Source: Eledone cirrhosa
Lineage: Eukaryota
Assembly (NCBI GenBank): GCA_964016885.1
Contig: OZ024740.1
Location: 25,730,001-25,794,000, forward strand
DNA: 64,000 nt
Reading direction: 5' to 3'
In this document: positions 57,141 through 64,000 of the stretch, piece after piece
Layout: every line of letters starts with the position of its first letter
How positions within the stretch are numbered: position 1 is the stretch's first letter
Translations under genes and position numbers: made by a program
Notes under the pieces: generated by a model
Database searches by the model: none
Told to the model about the DNA's origin: nothing
The model's input: only the letters and a program-made list of their open reading frames with translations

Positions 57141-60100
57141 TCTATTGTAGTTGTAGTTACTTCTCTTGTAGTTGTCGTTACTTCTATTGTTGTTGTAGTT
57201 ACTTCTATTGTAGTTGTAGTTACTTATATTGTAGTTGTAGTTACTTCTATTGTAGTTGTAGTTATTTCTATTGTAGGTGCAGTTACTTCTATTGTAGTTG
57301 TAGTTACTTCTATTGTAGTTGTAGTTACTTCTATTGTAGTTGTAGTTACTTCTATTGTAGTTGTAGTTATTTCTATTGTAGTTGTAGTTACTTCTATTGT
57401 AGTTGTAGTTACTTCTATTGCAGTTGTAGTTACTTCTATTGTAGTTGTAGTTACTTCTCTTGTAGTTGTAGTTACTTCTATTGTAGTTGTAGTTACTGCT
57501 ATTGCAGTTGTAGTTACTTCTATTGTAGTTGTAGATACTTATATTGCAGTTGTAGTTATTTCTATAGCAGTTGTAGATACTCCTATTGTAGTTTTAGATA
57601 CTTCTATTGTAGATGTAGATACTTATATTGTAGTTGTAGAAGCTTCTATTGTAGTTGTAGTTATTTCTATTGTACGTGTAGTTACTTCTATTGTAGTTGT
57701 AGTTACTTCTATTGTAGGTGTAGTTACTTCTATTGTAGTTGTAGTTACTTCTATTGTAGTTGTAGTTACTTCTATTGTAGTTGTAGTTACTTCTATTGTA
57801 GTTGTAGTTACTTCTATTGTAGTTGTAGTTACTTCTATTGTAGTTGTAGATACTTCTATTGTAGTTGTAGTTACTTCTATTGTAGTTGTAGTTATTTCTA
57901 TTGTAGTTGTAGTTACTTCTATTGTAGTTGTATTTACTTCTATTGTAGTAGTAGTTACTTCTATTGTAGTTGTAGTTATTTCTATTGTAGATGTAGTTAC
58001 TTCTATTGTAGTTGTAGTTATTTCTATTGTAGTTGTAGTTACTTCTCTTGTAGTTGTAGTTACTTCTATTGTAGTTGTAGTTACTTCTATTGTAGTTGTA
58101 GTTACTTCTATTGTAGTTGTAGTTACTTCTATTGTAGTTGTAGTTATTTCTATTGTAGTTGTAGTTACTTCTATTGTAGTTGTAGTTACTTCTATTGTAG
58201 TTGTATTTACTTCTATTGTAGTTGTAGTTACTTCTATTGTAGTTGTAGTTATTTCTATTGTAGTTGTAGTTATTTCTATTGTAGTTGTAGTTATTTCTAT
58301 TGTAGTTGTAGTTACATCTCTTGTAGTTGTAGTTACTTCTATTGTAGTTGTAGTTATTTCTATTGTAGTTGTAGTTACTTCTCTTGTAGTTGTAGTTATT
58401 TCTATTGTACTTGTAATTATTTCTATTGTAGTTGTAGTTATTTCTATTGTAGTTGTAGTTACTACTCTTGTAGTTGTAGTTACTTCTATTGTAGTTGTAG
58501 TTATTTCTATTGTAGTTGTAGTTACTTCTATTGTAGTTGTAGTTACTTCTATTGTAGTTGTAGTTACTGCTATTGTAGTTGTAGTTACTTCTATTGTAGT
58601 TGTAGATACTTCTATTGCAGTTGTAGTTATTTCTATTGCAGTTGTAGATACTCCTATTGTAGTTTTAGATACTTCTATTGTAGATGTAGATACTTATATT
58701 GTAGTTGTAGAAGCTTCTATTGTAGTTGTAGTTATTTCTATTGTAGGTGTAGTTACTTCTATTGTAGTTGTAGTTACTTCTATTGTAGGTGTAGTTACTT
58801 CTATTGTAGTTGTAGTTACTTCTATTGTAGTTGTAGATACTTCTATTGTAGTTGTAGTTATTTCTATTGTAGTTGTAGTTACTTCTCTTGTAGTTGTCGT
58901 TACTTCTATTGTTGTTGTAGTTACTTCTATTGTAGTTGTAGTTACTTCTATTGTAGTTGTAGTTACTTCTATTGTAGTTGTAGTTATTTCTATTGTAGGT
59001 GCAGTTACTTCTATTGTAGTTGTAGTTACTTCTATTGTAGTTGTAGTTACTTCTATTGTAGTTGTAGTTACTTCTATTGTAGTTGTAGTTATTTCTATTG
59101 TAGTTGTAGTTACTTCTATTGTAGTTGTAGTTACTTCTATTGCAGTTGTAGTTACTTCTATTGTAGTTGTAGTTACTTCTCTTGTAGTTGTAGTTACTAC
59201 TATTGTAGTTGTAGTTACTGCTATTGTAGTTGTAGTTACTTCTATTGTAGTTGTAGATACTTATATTGCAGTTGTAGTTATTTCTATAGCAGTTGTAGAT
59301 ACTCCTATTGTAGTTTTAGATACTTCTATTGTAGATGTAGATACTTATATTGTAGTTGTAGAAGCTTCTATTGTAGTTGTAGTTATTTCTATTGTACGTG
59401 TAGTTACTTCTATTGTAGTTGTAGTTACTTCTATTGTAGGTGTAGTTACTTCTATTGTAGTTGTAGTTACTTCTATTGTAGTTGTAGTTACTTCTATTGT
59501 AGTTGTAGTTACTTCTATTGTAGTTGTAGTTACTTCTATTGTAGTTGTAGTTACTTCTATTGTAGTTGTAGATACTTCTATTGTAGTTGTAGTTACTTCT
59601 ATTGTAGTTGTAGTTATTTCTATTGTAGTTGTAGTTACTTCTATTGTAGTTGTATTTACTTCTATTGTAGTTGTAGATACTTCTATTGTAGTTGTAGTTA
59701 CTTCTATTGTAGTTGTAGTTACTTCTATTGTAGTTGTAGTTATTTCTATTGTAGTTGTAGATACTCCTATTGTAGTTGTAGATACTTCTATTGTAGATGT
59801 AGATACTTCTATTGTAGTTGTAGTTACTTCTATTGTAGTTGTAGTTACTTCTATTGTAGTTGTAGTTACTTCTATTGTAGTTGTAGTTATTTCTATTGTA
59901 GCTGTAGTTATTTCTATTGTAGTTGTAATTACTTCTATTGTAGTTGTAGTTACTTCTATTGTAGTTGTAGTTACTTCTATTGTAGTTGTAGTTACTTCTA
60001 TTGTAGTTGTAGTTATTTCTATTGTAGTTGTAGTTACTTCTATTGTAGTTGTAGTTACTTCTATTGTATTTGTAGTTACTTCTATTGTAGTTGTAGTTAC

Positions 60101-61060
60101 TTCTATTGTAGTTGTAGTTATTTCTATTGTAGTTGTAGTTACTTCTATTGTAGTTGTAGTTACTTCTATTGTAGTTGTAGTTACTTCTATTGTAGTTGTA
60201 GTTACTTCTATTGTAGTTGTAGTTATTTCTATTGTAGATGTAGTTACTTCTATTGTAGTTGTAGTTATTTCTATTGTAGTTGTAGTTACTTCTCTTGTAG
60301 TTGTAGTTACTTCTATTGTAGTTGTAGTTACTTCTATTGTAGTTGTAGTTACTTCTATTGTAGTTGTAGTTACTTCTATTGTAGTTGTAGTTATTTCTAT
60401 TGTAGTTGTAGTTACTTCTATTGTAGTTGTAGTTACTTCTATTGTAGTTGTATTTACTTCTATTGTAGTTGTAGTTACTTCTATTGTAGTTGTAGTTATT
60501 TCTATTGTAGTTGTAGTTATTTCTATTGTAGTTGTAGTTATTTCTATTGTAGTTGTAGTTACATCTCTTGTAGTTGTAGTTACTTCTATTGTAGTTGTAG
60601 TTATTTCTATTGTAGTTGTAGTTACTTCTCTTGTAGTTGTAGTTATTTCTATTGTACTTGTAATTATTTCTATTGTAGTTGTAGTTATTTCTATTGTAGT
60701 TGTAGTTACTACTCTTGTAGTTGTAGTTACTTCTATTGTAGTTGTAGTTATTTTGTATTGTAGTTGTAGTTACTTCTATTGTAGTTGTAGTTACTTCTAT
60801 TGTAGTTGTAGTTACTGCTATTGTAGTTGTAGTTACTTCTATTGTAGTTGTAGATACTTCTATTGCAGTTGTAGTTATTTCTATTGCAGTTGTAGATACT
60901 CCTATTGTAGTTTTAGATACTTCTATTGTAGATGTAGATACTTATATTGTAGTTGTAGAAGCTTCTATTGTAGTTGTAGTTATTTCTATTGTAGGTGTAG
61001 TTACTTCTATTGTAGTTGTAGTTACTTCTATTGTAGGTGTAGTTACTTCTATTGTAGTTG
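56250..61060. repeat. Further partial copies of the distal unit (offsets 1,722 = 82 monomers and 2,226 = 106 monomers)
   Basis: GTACGTGTA marker at 55446, 57672 and 59394. The ACATCTCTT...CTTGTAATTATT...ACTACTCTT string recurs at about 52645, 56613, 58314 and 60561. Confidence 0.8.
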
Positions 61061-62449
61061 TAGTTACTTCTATTGTAGTTGTAGTTACTTCTATTGTAGT
61101 TGTAGTTACTTCTATTGTAGTTGTAGTTACTTCTATTGTAGTTGTAGTTACTTCTCTTGTAGTTGTAGTTACTTCTATTGTACTTGTAGTTATTTCTATT
61201 GTAGTTGTAGTTATTTCTATTGTAGTTGTAGTTACTTCTCTTGTAGTTGTAGTTAATTCTATTGTAGTTGTAGTTATTTCTATTGTAGTTGTAGTTACTT
61301 CTATTGTAGTTGTATTTACTTCTAGTGTAGTTGTAATTAAGTCTATTGTAGTTGTAGTTACTTCTATTGTAGTTGTAGATACTTCTATTGTAGTTGTAGA
61401 TACTTGTATTGTAGTTGTAGTTACTTCTATTGTAGTTGTAGTTACTTCTATTGTAGTTGTAGTTACTTCTATTGTAGTTGTAGATACTCCTATTGTAGTT
61501 GTAGTTACTTCTATTGTAGTTGTAGTTATTTCTATTGTAGTTGTAGTTACTTCTATTGTAGTTGTATTTACTTCTATTGTAGTTGTAGATACTTCTATTG
61601 TAGTTGTAGTTACTTCTATTGTAGTTGTAGTTACTTCTATTGTAGTTGTAGTTATTTCTATTGTAGTTGTAGATACTCCTATTGTAGTTGTAGATACTTC
61701 TATTGTAGATGTAGATACTTCTATTGTAGTTGTAGTTACTTCTATTGTAGTTGTAGTTACTTCTATTGTAGTTGTAGTTACTTCTATTGTAGTTGTAGTT
61801 ATTTCTATTGTAGTTGTAGTTATTTCTATTGTAGTTGTAATTACTTCTATTGTAGTTGTAGTTACTTCTATTGTAGTTGTAGTTACTTCTATTGTAGTTG
61901 TAGTTACTTCTATTGTAGTTGTAGTTATTTCTATTGTAGTTGTAGTTACTTCTATTGTAGTTGTAGTTACTTCTATTGTATTTGTAGTTACTTCTATTGT
62001 AGTTGTAGTTACTTCTATTGTAGTTGTAGTTATTTCTATTGTAGTTGTAGTTACTTCTATTGTAGTTGTAGTTACTTCTATTGTAGTTGTAGTTACTTCT
62101 ATTGTAGTTGTAGTTACTTCTATTGTAGTTGTAGTTATTTCTATTGTAGATGTAGTTACTTCTATTGTAGTTGTAGTTATTTCTATTGTAGTTGTAGTTA
62201 CTTCTCTTGTAGTTGTAGTTACTTCTATCGTAGTTGTAGTTACTTCTATTGTAGTTGTAGTTACTTCTATTGTAGTTGTAGTTAATTCTATTGTAGTTGT
62301 AGTTACTTCTATTGTAGTTGTAGTTACTTCTATTGTAGTTGTAGTTACTTCTATTGTAGTTGTAGTTACTTCTAGTGTAGTTGTAATTAAGTCTATTGTA
62401 GTTGTAGTTACTTCTATTGTAGTTGTAGATACTTCTATTGTAGTTGTAT

Positions 62450-64000
62450 ATACTTGTATTGTAGTTGTAGTTACTTCTATTGTAGTTGTAGTTACTTCTA
62501 TTGTAGTTGTAGTTACTTCTATTGTAGTTGTAGATACTCCTATTGTAGTTGTAGTTACTTCTATTGTAGTTGTAGTTACTTCTATTGTAGTTGTAGTTAC
62601 TTCTATTGTAGTTGTATTTACTTCTATTGTAGTTGTAGATACTTCTATTGTAGTTGTAGTTACTTCTATTGTAGTTGTAGTTATTTCTATTGTAGTTGTA
62701 GTTACTTCTATTGTAGTTGTATTTACTTCTATTGTAGTTGTAGATACTTCTATTGCAGTTGTAGTTACTTCTATTGTAGTTGTAGTTACTTCTATTGTAG
62801 TTGTAGTTATTTCTATTGTAGTTGTAGATACTCCTATTGTAGTTGTAGATACTTCTATTGTAGATGTAGATACTTCTATTGTAGTTGTAGAAGCTTCTAT
62901 TGTAGATGTTGTTACTCCTATTGTAGTTGTAGTTACTTCTATTGTAGTGGTAGTTACTTCTATTGTAGTTGTAGTTACTTCTTTGTAGTTGTAGTTACTT
63001 CTATTGTAGTTGTAGATACTCCTATTGTAGTTGTAGTTACTTCTATTGTAGTCGTAGATACTTCTATTGTAGTTGTAGTTATTTCTATTGTAGTTGTAGT
63101 TACTTCTCTTGTAGTTGTCGTTACTTCTATTGTTGTTGTAGTTACTTCTATTGTAGTTGTAGTTACTTCTATTGTAGTTGTAGTTACTTCTATTGTAGTT
63201 GTAGTTATTTCTATTGTAGGTGCAGTTACTTCTATTGTAGTTGTAGTTACTTCTATTGTAGGTGTAGTTACTTCTATTGTAGTTGTAGTTACTTCTATTG
63301 TAGTTGTAGTTATTTCTATTGTAGTTGTAGTTACTTCTATTGTAGTTGTAGTTACTTCTATTGTAGTTGTAGTTACTTCTATTGTAGTTGTAGTTACTTC
63401 TATTGTAGTTGTAGTTACTTCTACTGTAGTTGTAGTTACTTCTATTGTAGTTGTAGTTATTTCTATTGTAGTTGTAGTTACTTCTATTGTAGTTGTAGTT
63501 ACTTCTATTGTATTTGTAGTTACTTCTATTGTAGTTGTAGTTACTTCTATTGTAGTTGTAGTTACTTCTATTGTAGTTGTAGTTACTTCTATTGTAGTTG
63601 TAGTTACTTCTATTGTAGTTGTAGTTACTTCTATTGTAGTTGTAGTTACTTCTATTGTAGTTGTAGTTATTTCTATTGTAGTTGTAATTACTTCTATTGT
63701 AGTTGTAGTTGTTTCTATTGTAGTTGTAGTTACTTCTATTGTAGTTGTAGTTACTTCTATTGTAGTTGTAGTTATTTCTATTGTAGTTGTAGTTACTTCT
63801 ATTGTAGTTGTAGTTACTTCTATTGTATTTGTAGTTACTTCTATTGTAGTTGTAGTTACTTCTATTGTAGTTGTAGTTATTTCTATTTTAGTTGTAGATA
63901 CTTCTATTGTAGTTGTAGTTACTTCTATTGTAGTTGTAGTTACTTCTATTGTAGTTGTAGTTACTTCTATTGTAGTTGTAGTTACTTCTATTGTAGTTGT
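62450..64000. repeat. Copy of the about 48.1-49.65 kb segment (offset 14,343 = 683 monomers)
   Basis: ACTTCTTT 20-mer at 48634/62977 and GTTGTTTCT at 49368/63711, both offset 14,343. The intervening variant order is largely shared. Confidence 0.85.

Larger units (their letters stand above)
1..64000. repeat. Tandem satellite/minisatellite array, 21-bp monomer ATTGTAGTTGTAGTTACTTCT, about 3,050 copies, open at both window ends
   Basis: The 21-bp unit recurs head-to-tail from base 1 to 64000 with 0-3 substitutions per copy and rare indels. No inversion or non-repeat insertion seen. Consensus composition T11 A4 G4 C2 (about 29% GC, strong T-over-A skew on +). Confidence 0.99.

Noticed and set aside
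48027-61256. 4,409-aa Val-rich ORF (and the other IVVVVTS ORFs, e.g. 4619-8353) as giant membrane proteins
   Set aside because: Pure repeat translation with TTG/GTG starts created by point variants. The frame cannot acquire stops by single substitutions, switches register at indels, and has no non-repeat domain.
219-62285. Cys/Tyr-rich (CSCSYFY)n ORFs as metallothionein- or keratin-associated-like proteins
   Set aside because: Alternative frame of the same 21-mer. Starts and ends coincide with sporadic variants (TTG, TAG, TAA, TGA). No signal peptide or unique sequence.
1-64000. CRISPR array
   Set aside because: Repeats are directly adjacent with no unique spacers, no leader and no cas genes.
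1-64000. Telomerase-synthesised telomeric repeat (T/G-rich strand; unit length similar to long budding-yeast telomere units)
   Set aside because: No GG/GGG tract in the consensus. Variant strings are inherited in kb-scale blocks, indicating recombinational amplification rather than templated addition. A subtelomeric location is not excluded.
1-64000. Variant monomers as an information-bearing code or a diversity-generating cassette system
   Set aside because: Variant order is explained by nested duplication of blocks. No recombinase, reverse transcriptase, expression site or boundary motif is present in the window.
1-64000. Entire array as a sequencing or assembly artefact
   Set aside because: Complex variant haplotypes and indels recur in identical contexts with graded divergence, which random error would not produce. 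The exact copy number and block order could still be mis-assembled.

Overview
The whole 64,000-bp window is one uninterrupted head-to-tail tandem array of a 21-bp monomer (consensus + strand ATTGTAGTTGTAGTTACTTCT; - strand GAAGTAACTACAACTACAATA). It holds about 3,050 copies, all in the same orientation, and runs off both ends. I see no unique sequence, conventional gene, RNA gene, mobile element or CRISPR spacer. All ORFs in the track are translations of the repeat (IVVVVTS, CSCSYFY or IEVTTTT) and are not credible genes. The real information is in the variant monomers. They define nested higher-order repeats (offsets 1,449/1,533, 1,469, 2,391, 3,365, 3,378, 3,927, 7,134/7,260, 14,343, 15,149 and about 29,000 bp) and three variant domains. 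About 36 amplified 20-bp monomers all carry their deletion in the same 9-bp part of the unit. The - strand reads as a Thr-rich, mucin-like heptapeptide (EVTTTTI) with many conservative variants, but amplified stop codons and frameshifts break it. The most economical reading is a non-coding, probably eukaryotic satellite, possibly derived from a coding Thr-rich repeat. Organism and function cannot be determined from this window. Counts and offsets were read by eye, so boundaries are approximate.
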